Source: Heterodontus francisci (lineage: Eukaryota). From it: a stretch of DNA of 64,000 nucleotides. The stretch is from the NCBI RefSeq assembly GCF_036365525.1, contig NW_027142325.1, positions 62,001 to 126,000 of the forward strand. Direction: 5' to 3'. The translations under genes and the position numbers were made by a program. A model generated the notes under the pieces. The model saw nothing but the letters and a program-made list of their open reading frames with translations, was not told where the DNA came from and did no database searches. This document shows, piece after piece, positions 25,801 through 37,800 of the stretch. Positions within the stretch are counted from its first letter, which is position 1. Each line of letters opens with the position of its first letter.

Positions 25801-28800
25801 CTGCAACACTGACCACTCCCTGGTGTGCAGCAAAGTTAGACTCAAATCAAAAAAGCTGCATCACTCCAAGCAGTAGGGCCGCCCGCGCATCAACACGAGC
25901 AGAATTTCTTATCCACAGCTGTTACATAAGTTTCTAAATTCACTTGAAAAAGCCCTTCAAAACACTCCCACAGGGGATGCAGAGACCATGTGGGCCCGCA
26001 TCAGAGACGCCATCTATGACTCAGCAATGACCACCTATGGCAAACGTGTGAAGCAGAATGCAGACTGGTTTCAATCTCACTTTGAAGAGCTGGAACCTGT
26101 CATAGCTGCTAAGCGCATTGCACTGTTGAACGACAAGAAAGCCCCCAGCGCGTTAACATCCATAGCACTTAAAGCAGCCAGAAGCACTGCACAAAGAACA
26201 GCCAGGCGCTGCGCAAATGACTACTGGCAACACCTATGCAGTCATATTCAGCTGGCCTCTGACACCGGAAACATCAGAGGAATGTATGATGGCATTAAGA
26301 GAGCTTTTGGACCAACCATCAAGAAGATCGCCCCCCGTCAAATCTAAATCAGGGGACACAATCACTGACCAACGCAAGCAAATGGACCGCTGGGTTGAGC
26401 ACTACCTAGAACTGTACTCCAGGGAAAATGTTGTCACTGAGACCATCCTCAATGCAGCCCAGTCTCTGCCAGTCATGGATGAGCTGGATGTACAGCCATC
26501 AAAATCGGAACTCAGTGATGCCATTGATCCTTTAGTCAACGGAAAAGCCCCTGGGAAGGATGGCATTACCCCTGAAATAATCAAGAGTGCCAAGACTGCT
26601 ATACTTTCAGCACTGTACAAACTGCTTTGCCTCTGCTGGGACGAGGGAGCAGTACCACATGACATGCGCGATGCCAATATCATCAACCTCTGTAAGAACA
26701 AGGGTGACCGCGGTGACTGCAACAACTACCGTGGAATCTCCCTGCTCAGCATAGTGGGGATAGTCTTCGCTCGAGTTGCTTTAAACAGGCTCCAGAAGCT
26801 GGCTGAGCGTGTCTACCCTGAGGCAGAGTGTGGCTTTCGAGCACAGAGATCCACCACTGACATAATAATATAAAAGCAAAATACTGCGGATGCTGGAAAT
26901 CTGAAACAAAAACAAGAAATGCTGGATTCACTCAGCAGGTCTGGCAGCATCTGTGGAAAGAGAAGCAGAGTTAATGTTTCGGGTCAGTGACCCTTCTTCG
27001 GAACTGACAAATATTAGAAAAGTCACAGATTATAAACAAGTGAGGTGGGGGTTGGGCAAGAGATAACAAAGGAGAAGGTGCAGATTGGACCAGGCCACAT
27101 AGCTGACCAAAAGGTCACGGAGCAAAGGCAAACAATATGTTAATGGTGTTTTGAAAGACAAAGCATTAGTACAGATTAGGTGTGAATATACTGAATATAG
27201 AACATCAGCAAGTGCAAACCTGAAGAAAAACAACCTGAAAAAAACAGTGGGTAAGCAAACTGAATAAACTAAGATGAAATGAAATAAATGCAAAAAAAGA
27301 TTGTAAAAAATGTAAAAAGGAATGCAAAAAAAAGGAAGAAAAAATAACTAAAAATGACTAAAAATGAAAGTAAAGTGGGGGGCTGTCATGCTCTGAAATT
27401 ATTGAACTCAATGTTCAGTCCGGCAGGCTGTAGTGTGCCTAATCGGTAGATGAGATGCTGTTCCTCGAGCTTGCGTTGATGTTCACTGGAACACTGCAGC
27501 AATCCCAGGACAGAGATGTGAGCATGAGAGCAGGGGGGAGTGTTGAAATGGCAAGCAACCGGAAGCTCAGGGTCCTGCTTGCGGACTGAGCGGAGATGTT
27601 CCGCAAAGCGGACACCCAGTCTGCGCTTGGTCTCCCCAATGTAGAGGAGACCACACTGTGAGCAGCGAATACAGTATACTACATTGAAAGAAGTACAAGT
27701 AAATCGCTGCTTCACCTGAAAGGAGTGTTTGGGGCCTGGGATAGTGAGGAGAGAGGAGGTAAATGGGCAGGTATTACACCTCCTGCGACTGCAGGGGAAG
27801 GTGCCCTGGGACGGGGACGAGGTGGTGGGGGTAATGGAGGAGTGGACCAGGGTGTCGCGGAGGGAACGATCCCTTCGGAATGCTGACAGGGGAAGGGAGG
27901 GGAAGATGCGACTGGTAGTGGCATCATGCTGGAGGTGGCGAAAATGGCGGAGGATGATCCTTTGGATATGGAGGCTGGTGGGATGAAAAGTGAGGACAAG
28001 GGGAACCCTGTCACGGTTCTGGGAGGGAGGGGAAGGGGTGAGGGTAGAGGTGCGGGGAATGGGTCGGACACGGTTGAGGGCCCTGTCAACCACAGTGGGG
28101 GGAAATCCTCGGTTGAGGAAAAAGGAGGTCATATCAGAAGCACCGTCATGGAAGGTAGCATCATCAGAGCAGATGCGTCGGAGACGGAGAAACTGGGAGA
28201 ATGGAATGGAGTCCTTACAGGAGGTAGGGTGTGAAGAAGTGTAGTCGAGGTAGCTGTGGGAGTCAGTGGGCTTATAATGGATATTAGTAGATAACCTATC
28301 CCCAGAGATGGAAACAGAGAAGTCGAGGAAGGGAAGGGAAGTGTCAGAGATGGACCATGTAAAGGTGAGAGAAGGGTGGAAATTGGAAGCAAAGTTGATA
28401 AAGTTTTCTAGTTCGGGGCGGGAGCAGGAAACGGCACCGATACAGTCATCAATGTACCGGAAAAAGAGTTGGGGGAGGGGGCCTGAGTAGGACTGGAACA
28501 AAGAATGCTCGACATATCCCACAAAAAGACAGGCATAACTAGGACCCATGCGGGTCCACCACTGACATGCTGTTCTCTCTTCGCCAGCTACAGGAGAAAT
28601 GCCGCAAACAACAGATGCCCCTCTACGTTGCTTTCATTGATCTCACCAAAGCCTTTGACCTCATCAGCAGACGTGGTCTCTTCAGACTACTAGAAAAGAT
28701 CGGATGTCCACCAAAGCTACTAAGTATCATCACCTCATTCCATGACAATATGAAAGGCACAATTCAACATAGCGGCGCCTCATCAGACCCCTTTCCTATC

Positions 28801-31800
28801 CTGAGTGGCGTGAAACAGGGCTGTGTTCTCACACCCACACTGTTTGAGATCGTCTTCTCCCTGCTGCTCTCTCATGTGTTCAAGTCTTCAGAAGAAGGAA
28901 TTTTTCTCCACGCAAGAGCAGATGGCAGGTTGTTCAACCTTGCCCGTCTAAGAGCGAAGACCAAAGTACGGAAAGTCCTCATCAGAGAACTCCTCTTTGC
29001 TGACGATGCTACATTAACATCCCACACAGAAGAGTGTCTGCAGAGTCTCATTGACAGGTTTGCGGCTGCTTGCAACGAATTTGGCCTAACCATCAGCCTC
29101 AAGAAAACGAACATCATGGGACAGGACGTCAGAAATGCTCCATCCATCAATATCAGTGACCATGCTCTGGAAGTGGTTCAAGAGTTCACCTACCTAGGCT
29201 CAACTATCACCAGTAACCTGTCTCTCGATGCAGAAATCAACAAGCGCATGGGAAAGGCTTCCACTGCTATGTCCAGACTGGCCAAGAGAATGTGGGAAAA
29301 TGGCGCACTGACACGGAACACAAAAGTCCGAGTGTATCAAGCCTGTGTCCTCAGTACCTTGCTCTACGGCAGCGAGGCCTGGACAATGTATGTCAGCCAA
29401 GACCGACGTCTCAATTCATTCCATCTTTGCTGCCTCCGGAGAATCCTTGGCATCAGGTGGCAGGACCGTATCTCCAACACAGAAGTGTTCGAGGTGGCCA
29501 ACATCCCCAGCTTATACACACCACTGAGCCAGCGGCGCTTGAGATGGCTTGGCCATGTGAGCCGCATGGAAGATGGCAGGATCCCCAAGGACACATTGTA
29601 CAGCGAGATCGTCACTGGTATCAGACCCACCAGCCGTCCATGTCACCGCTTTAAAGATGTCTGCAAACGCGACATGAAGTCCTGTGACATTATTCACAAG
29701 TCGTGGGAGTCAGTTGCCAGCGATCGCCAGAGCTGGCGGGCAGCCATAAAGGCGGGGCTAAAGCGTGGCGAGTCGAAGAGACTTAGCAGTTGGCCGGAAA
29801 AAGAACAGAAGCGCAAGGAGAGAGCCAACTGTGTAACAGCCCCGACAACCAATTTTATCTGCAGCGCCTGTGGAAGAGTCTGTCACTCTAGAATTGGCCT
29901 TTATAGCCACTCCAGGCGCTGCTCCACAAACCACTGACCACCTCCAGGCGCTTACCCATTGTCTCTCGAGACAAGTAGGCCAAAGAGTGGGGGGAAGAGA
30001 TCATGTGAGAGGAGATGTGGTAAATCAAATGAAAACGATAAGGTAATAGAGCAGAGTGGCGAATTAAGTAATGATAACCAGAGTGTGGCAGGAAGGAACA
30101 TGGCATACAAGCTTAAGAGTGTACCAGCAGAGAAGACCAGAGATGGCAGAAATGGTATAAAGAGAGAGTTAAAGGCGCTGTATCTGAATGCACACAGCAT
30201 TCGTAATGAACAGTTGCTACACTGTATGACAGAGTATACAGGAAGAAATAAATGGGGCCTGTAAGAAAGGTACTGCAATCACATGGGTGATTTTAATCTA
30301 TATAGATTGGACGAATCAGATTGGCAAATGTTGCTTGAAAAATGAGTTCACAGAGTGTATTTCGGACAATTTCACAGAGCAGTACGTTCTGGAACCAACT
30401 AGGGAGCATGCTATTCTAGACCTGGTAATGTGCAATCAGACAGGATTGGTCATTAACCTCATGGTAAAGGAGCCTCTAGGTGACAGTGATTATAACATGA
30501 GAGAATTTCACATTCAGTTTGAAGGGGAGATGTGTGGGCCTAAGACTAGTGTTTAAACCTAAATAAAGGTAAATACAAGAGTATGCCAGCAAAAAATATA
30601 AAATCTGACTGTAAAAGCTTCTACAGGTACGTAAAAAGGAAAAAGACAAATGTGGGTCCATTACAGGCAGAGTCAGGACAATTTATAATGGGGAATAGAG
30701 AAATGGCAGAGAAGCTAAATAATTATTTTGTGTCTGTCTTCACTGAGGAAGATATAAGAAATTTCCCAGAATTAGAGATCCAAGGGGTTAGGGGGAATGA
30801 GGAATTGAAGGAAATTAGTATTAGTAAGAAGGTTGTATTGGAGAAATTAATGGGGCTGAAGGTTGATAAGTCCCCAGGACCTGATATTCTACATCCCAGA
30901 GTGTTTAAAAAGGTAGCTATGGAGATAGTGGATGCATTGGTGATCATCTTCCAAAATTCTATAGATTCTGGAGCAATTCCTGCAGATTGGAAGGTTGCAA
31001 ATGTCATCCCACTATTTAAGAAGGGAGGGAGAGAAAACAGGGAATTACAGACCTGTTAGCCTTACATCGGTCATTGGGAAAATGCTAGAATCTATTCTAA
31101 AGGATGTGATAAATGGACACTTGGATAATAATGATCTGATTGAGCATAGTCAACATGGATTTATGAATGGGAAATCATGTTTGATGAACCTGTTGAAGTT
31201 TTTTGAGGATGTTACTAACAGAATTGATAAAGCAGAGTGGTATACCTGGATTTTCAGAAGGCTTTTGATAAAGTCCCCCACAGGAGGTTGTTTAGCAAAA
31301 TTAAAGCACATGGGATAGGAGGTAATCTACTGGCATGGATTAAGGATTGGTTAACAGGCAGAAAGCAGACAGTAGGAATAAACGGGTCATTCCCGTATTG
31401 GCAGGCTGTGACTAGTGGGGTACCGCAGGGATCAGTGCTTGGGCCCCAGCTGTTCACAATATATATCAATGATTTGGATGTGGGCACCATATGTAGTATT
31501 TCCAAGTTCACGGATGACACAAAACTAGGTGGGAATGTGTGTTGTGAGGAAGATGCAAAGTGGTTTCAAGGGGATTTGAACAGATTTAGTGAGTGGGCAA
31601 GAATGTGGCAGATGGAATATAATGTGGAAAAATGTGAGGTTATCCACTTTGGTAGGAGGAACAGAGGTGTAGAGTATTTCTTAAATGTTAAGTGATTAGA
31701 AAGCAATTAGATGTGCAAAGGGACCTGGGTATCCTTGTCAATAAGTCAATGAAAGCCAACATGCAGGTTCAGCAAGCAATTAAGAAGGCTAATAAAAACA

Positions 31801-34800
31801 AGAAATGCTGGAACCACTCAGCAGGTCTGGCAGCATCTGTGGAAAGAGAAGCAGAGTTAACGTTTCAGGTCAGTGACCCTTCATCGGAACTGGTCACTGA
31901 CCCGAAACGTTAACTCTGCTTCTCTTTCCACAGATGCTGCCAGACCTGCTGAGTGGTTCCAGCATTTCTTGTTTTTATTTCAGATTTCCAGCATCCGCAG
32001 TATTTTGCTTTTATTAAGAAGGCTAATGGTAGGTTAGCCTTTATTGCAAGAGGATTTGATTACAGGAGTAGTGAAGTTTTGTATAGAACCTTGGTTAGAC
32101 CACACTTGGAATACTATGTGCAGTTTTGGTCCCCTTACCTTAGGAAAGATATTATTGCAACGAAGATTTACCAGACTAGTTCCTGGGATGGAGGGACTGT
32201 CTTATGAAGAGAGATTGGGGAAACTAGGCCTGTATTCTGAAGAGTTTCAAAGAATGAGAGGTGATCTCACACAAGTGCCAGGCATTGACCATCTCCAACA
32301 AGAAAGAATCTAACCATCTCCCCTCGATATTCAATGGCATTACTGTTGCTGAATCCCTTACTATCAACATTCTGGGGTTACAATTGATCAGAAACTGAAC
32401 TGAAGTAGCCATACTGTGGCTACAAGAGCAGGTTAGAGGCTAGGAATCCTGCGGCGAGTAACTCACCTCCTGACTCCCCAAAGCCTATCCACCATCTATA
32501 AGGCACAAGTCAGGACTGTGATGGAATACTCTCCACTTGCCTGGATGGGTGCAGCTCCAACAACACTGAAGAAGCTCGACACCATCCAGGATAAAGCAGC
32601 CCGCTTGATTGGCAGCCCATCTACAAATATTCACTCCCTCCACCACCGATGCACAGTGGCAGCAGTGTGTACCATCTACAAGATGCACTGCAGCAATGCA
32701 CCAAGGCTCCTTAGGCAGCAACTACCAAACCCATGACCTCTACCAACTAGAAGGACGAGGGCAGCAAATGCATGGGAACACAACCACCTGCAAGTTCTCC
32801 TCCAATTCACACACCATCCTGACTTGGAACTATATCGCCATTCATTCACTGTCACTGGGTCAAGATCCTGGAACTCCCTAACAGCACTGTGGGTGTACCT
32901 ACCCCACTTGGACTGCAATGGTTCAAGAAGGCAGCTCACCACCACCTTCTCAAAGGCAATTAGGGATGAGCAATAAATGCTGGCCTGGCCAGCGACGCCC
33001 ACATCCCATGAAAGAATAGAAAAAAACTAATTGAAACCTACAAAATACTTAAAGGGATAGACAGAGTAGATGCAGCCATGATGTTTCCCCTGGGTGGGGA
33101 GTCTCGAACCAGGGAACACAATTTCAAAATAAGCGGGAAGCCACTTAGGACAGAAATGAGGAGAGATTTCTTTACTCAGAGGGTTGTGAATCGTTGGAAT
33201 TCTCTACCCCAGAGGGCTGTGGAAGCTCAGTCATTGAGTGTGTTTAAAGCAGAGATTGACAGATTTCTAAATACCAATGACATAAGGGGATATGGGGATA
33301 ATGTGGGAAAAATGCATTGAAGTGGATGATCAGCCATGATCATCTTGAATGGCAGGGCAGGCTGGATGGGCTGAATGGCCTACTCCTGCTCCTATGTTCC
33401 TATGAAGGCAGAGTTATCTAAAGTGAACTGGGAAACTAGGTTAAAAGGTAGGACAGTAGAGATGCAGTGGCAGACTTTTAGGGAGATATTTAATAACTCT
33501 CAGCAAAGATTTATTCCAGTGGAAAGAATGATTCTTTGAGAAACATGCATCATCCGTGGTTAAATAAGCAAGTTGAGGATAGTATCAAATGAAAGAAACA
33601 CTGTATAAATCTGCAAAGGTTAGTGCTGTGTCAGAAGCTTGGACAGTCTGAGAGAGAACTAGCTGGTGATATAAAAACAGATTGTAAGGGTTTCTACATG
33701 TATTTAAATAAGAAAAAAGTAACTAAAGCTAGAATTGGTTCTCTAGAGTGTGAGTCTGGGTAATTGATCATGGTAAACAAGGAAATAGCGGAGGTGTTGA
33801 ACAGGTATTTTGTATCTGTTTTCACTGCAGAAGACTGAGAAAACCTGCCAAAGATACTTGAAAATCAGGAGGTGAAAGGGAGGGAGAAATTTAAAACAAT
33901 CACCATCACCAGGGAAAAGCTGCTGGGAAAACTATTCGACCCAAAGGTTGACAACTCCCCAGGATCAGATGGTCTGCATCCTAGGGTCTTAAAAGAAGTG
34001 GCTGCAGACAGAGTAGAGGCTTTGTTTATAATCTTCCAAAATTCATAGATTCTGGAAGGGTCTGAGCGGATTGCAAAATAGCAAATGTAAAATCTTCATT
34101 CAAGAAAGGAGGGAGACAGGAAGCAGGAAACTATAGGCCAGTTCGTCTAACATATATCATAGGGAAATTGCTAGAATCCATTATTAAGGAGTTTATAGAA
34201 GGATACTTCGAAAATCATAATGGGATCTGACAGACTCAACATGGTTTTGTAAAAGGGAAATCATGTTTAACTAATTTATTAAAGTTCTTTGAGGAATTCA
34301 CAAGCGAGGTGGATAAAGGGGAATCTGTAGTTGTGGTGTATTTGGACTTCCAAAAGGTATTTGATAAGGTGTCACATAAAAGGTTACTACACAAGATAAG
34401 AGCACATGGTGTAGGAAGTAACATATTAGCATGAATAAAAGACTAGTTAGTTAACATGAAGCAGAGAGTAGGGATAAATGGGTCTTTTTCAGGTTGACAA
34501 GATGTAACAAGTGGAGTGCCACAGGGTTCAGTGCGGGTGCCTCAACTATTTTAAATTTATGTCAATGAATTGGGGCGGCACAGTGGTTAGCACCGCAACT
34601 TCACAGCTCCAGGGACCCGGGTTCGATTCTGGGTACTGCCTGTGTGGAGTTTGCAAGTTCTCCCTGTGACCGCGTGGGTTTTCGCCGGGTGCTCCGGTTT
34701 CCTCCCACAGGTGATAGGTAAATTGGCCATTGTAAGTTGCTCCTAGTGTAGGCAGGTGGTAGGGAATATGGGATTACTGTAGGGTTAGTCGGGACAGACT

Positions 34801-37800
34801 CAGTGGGCCAAAGGGCCTGTTTCAGTGCTGTATCGCTAAATAAAATATAAATAAAAAGAGACCAAATGTATGGTTGCTAAATTTGCCCAGGACACCAAGA
34901 TAGGAAGTAAGCTGTCAAGAGGACATAAAGAGTTTACAAAAGGATATAAATAGATTAAGTGAGTGGGTAAAAATTTAGCAGATGGAGTATAATGTGGGAA
35001 AATGTGAACTTGTCCACTTTGACAGGAAGCTTAGAAAAGCGGTATACTATTTAAATGGAGAGAGATTGCAGAACCCGGTGGTACAGAGGGATCTGGGTGT
35101 CCTGGTACATGAATCACAAAAGGTTAATATGCAGGTACAGCAAGTGATTAGGAAGGTAAATGGAACATTGATGTTTATTGCAAGGGAAATTGTGTGTCAA
35201 AGTGGGTAAGTTTTACTGCAGCTGGACAGGGCCTTGTGAGACCACATCTGGAGAACTGTGTGCAGTTTTGGTCTCCTTATTTGAAAAGGATATAATTGTG
35301 TTAGAAGCAGTTCAGAGACGGATCACTCGACTAATTCTGGGGATGGAGAGCTTATCTTATGAAGAAAGGTTGAACAGGTTGGGCCGAGACTTGTTGGAGG
35401 TTAGAACAATGAGAGGTGATCTTACTGAAACATATAGGTTCCTGAGGGGACGTGATAGAGTGTATACTGGGAGGGTGTTTTCTCTTGTGGGGGAGACGAG
35501 AACTAGGGGACACAGTTTAAGAATAAGAGCTCTCCCTTTTAAGATGGCGATGAGGAGAATTTCTTTTTCTCGAACGGTCATTAGTCTGTGGAATTCTGTT
35601 CCCCAGAAAGCAGTGGAGGCAGGGTCAATGAGTTTATTCAAAGCTGAGTTAGATGGATTTTTGATAGACAAGGGAGTCAAGGGTTATGGGGGGGGGCAGA
35701 CAGGAAAGTGGAGTTAGGATCACAACCAGATCAGGAATAATCTTATCGAAAGGCGGAGCAGGCTCACAAGAACAAAAGAAATAGCAGCAGGAATAGACCA
35801 TGTGACCCGTCAAGCCTGCTCCGCCATTCAATATGATCATGGCTGATCTTGGGCTTCAATTCCACTTTCCCGCCCAGCCTCAGTCTCAGCCTTAAATATA
35901 TTCAGTGATGGAGCATCCGCAACCCTCTGGGGTAGAGAATTCCAAAGATTCACAACCCCTTGAGTGAAGTAATTTCTCATCTCAGTTGTCATACTGGGCC
36001 CCCCACCTGCCAAGAATGAGGCACATTAATTTCACCACACGGACATTAAATTTCAAATTGTTGTTGGGAAGAAGAGAAGGCCTGTGACAATGGGTTACCA
36101 GGCCCCTGGCTGGAAAGATATTTTTGGAACAAAGGAGCTATCCCCTGCTCCAATACAATCCACAAACAGATGTGGTCAGACCAATTAGTCACATGACTAA
36201 CCTGCTTGGTTGGCATCTCGATTTATTTCTGATTTGTACAGTTTTGAACTGAGAATCTGCAGAAAACTGTTTACTCCCAGACTGAAGAAGACCTCCTGTC
36301 TGTCTGTCTGCCTGCTCCCATCGCTTTCTCACCAGCTTCTGAATCCATTGAAGACACATGAACCCCAAGAGAGAAAAGTCTCCTACAGTGAACAAGGTTT
36401 AAGAAGAATACTGGGCCCCAATGAAAAGCAAGATCTGCTTACAAGCAAGGACTCTGCAGTGAGTTCGAAGACCTGTAACAAAAACTCTTCAGATATTGCT
36501 GTAAGCTTTTACGCTTTATTTCTTCTGCTCTTTTCTGTCCCTATCTGCATGTGTATACCACGTATGCATGCTAGCATGGGCGCGTCGTGCATCCATAGGC
36601 ATTAACTGAATTAGAGTTTAAGTTTAATAAAATTTCACTTTTCTTCTTTAAACCTAAGAAAACCTGTTTGTGCTGGTTTCATTGCCTTATAATTGGAAAG
36701 CTGTGAACAAGAGTTCACCAAGGGAGAGCTAAAAACACAGTGTATTTGAAATAAAACCCTGTTACAGTAATACCAGGTGAAGGCCGAAAGGGAATCCTAG
36801 ACCTCTTTCTCACCTGATCGTAACACAGTCCTTATCCTGAGACTGTGCCCCTGTTGTTACGAGGGTTTCCATTTTTTGTTATAACTTGAGAATCTATATT
36901 TTAAAAACTGAAAAGGATTCCATGGATGCTGGAATCTTCAAGAAGCTGAACTTTGGATGTTTTTTTATGGGAAGGTCAACAGAAGGTTGACCATTAAACA
37001 AATTTTACTGAAAAACATCGGTTTGCAAATAACCCAGCAGGGTGTTTGTGCTGTGACTCTGAAAAGGATGTTTACAAGGAAATGACAAACCAAGATTTCA
37101 GGTTGTCATACAGCCTGCCTCTGGAAAAGCTTTTGTTTCATTTTGAACTCTTAAGAAAGGCCAGTGGTTGTTTGGCCAAGAACAGAAAGAAATTTGCTTC
37201 CTGACCTGCCAGAAGAAAACAGCTCTCTCTTTAAAGAATTCCTGCATCAAGTTGTATTGTTGCCTCCCTGTATTTGAAGAAATCCTGAATGTTTTCAGAA
37301 ACCTTGCATCTTTGAAAGAACTTTGCATAGAATGTGCAAGAATTGAAACCTTTGTTACTGCACATCTGATGTAAGACTTATGCAATGCCTTCCGTAGCTG
37401 CATCTCTTGAAAACCTACCTAGACTGTTCATCAACATTGTTGGAAAGAACTGTTCTAGGACGATTCCCAGTGGCAGCCACCTATTCGCCTTTGGGACACC
37501 TCACCAACACAGAGGACTTCCATACCTTCTCTTCAGTCTCAGTTTTTTATTCCTTCCAACTGTAACAGTTGTAAACAAAAATCATTTTTTCTCCCGGTTA
37601 ACCGGTAGTTTATGTGAGTGTGTGAGGGCGAGGATAAAAATAAAGGGTTTTAATATTTCAATTCGTGCATATGTTTACTTCATTATTGGTTAAGACTTAG
37701 TTTATAATAAATGGATAATTTTGTTGTTTATTAAAAAATATCTGGTTGGTGTGCTTTATTCTGGAGTAAAATAGATTGGCTGTTTCAGTAAGTGGGAAAA

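Larger units (their letters stand above)
25590..29985 (+). mobile_element. RTE-clade LINE (APE-RT-C2H2), 5'-truncated, split by a Penelope insertion
   Basis: [46 protein letters not shown], terminal [17 protein letters not shown]; RT half 28567-29937 open. Confidence 0.93.
25170..33403 (+). mobile_element. Degenerate CR1 LINE (ORF1 remnant 25170-25585; ORF2 remnants ~30170-33320) hosting nested RTE, Penelope and LINE insertions
   Basis: WDGLHLN (ORF1); [35 protein letters not shown] (ORF2); 3' tail cctatgttcctatg. Confidence 0.88.
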
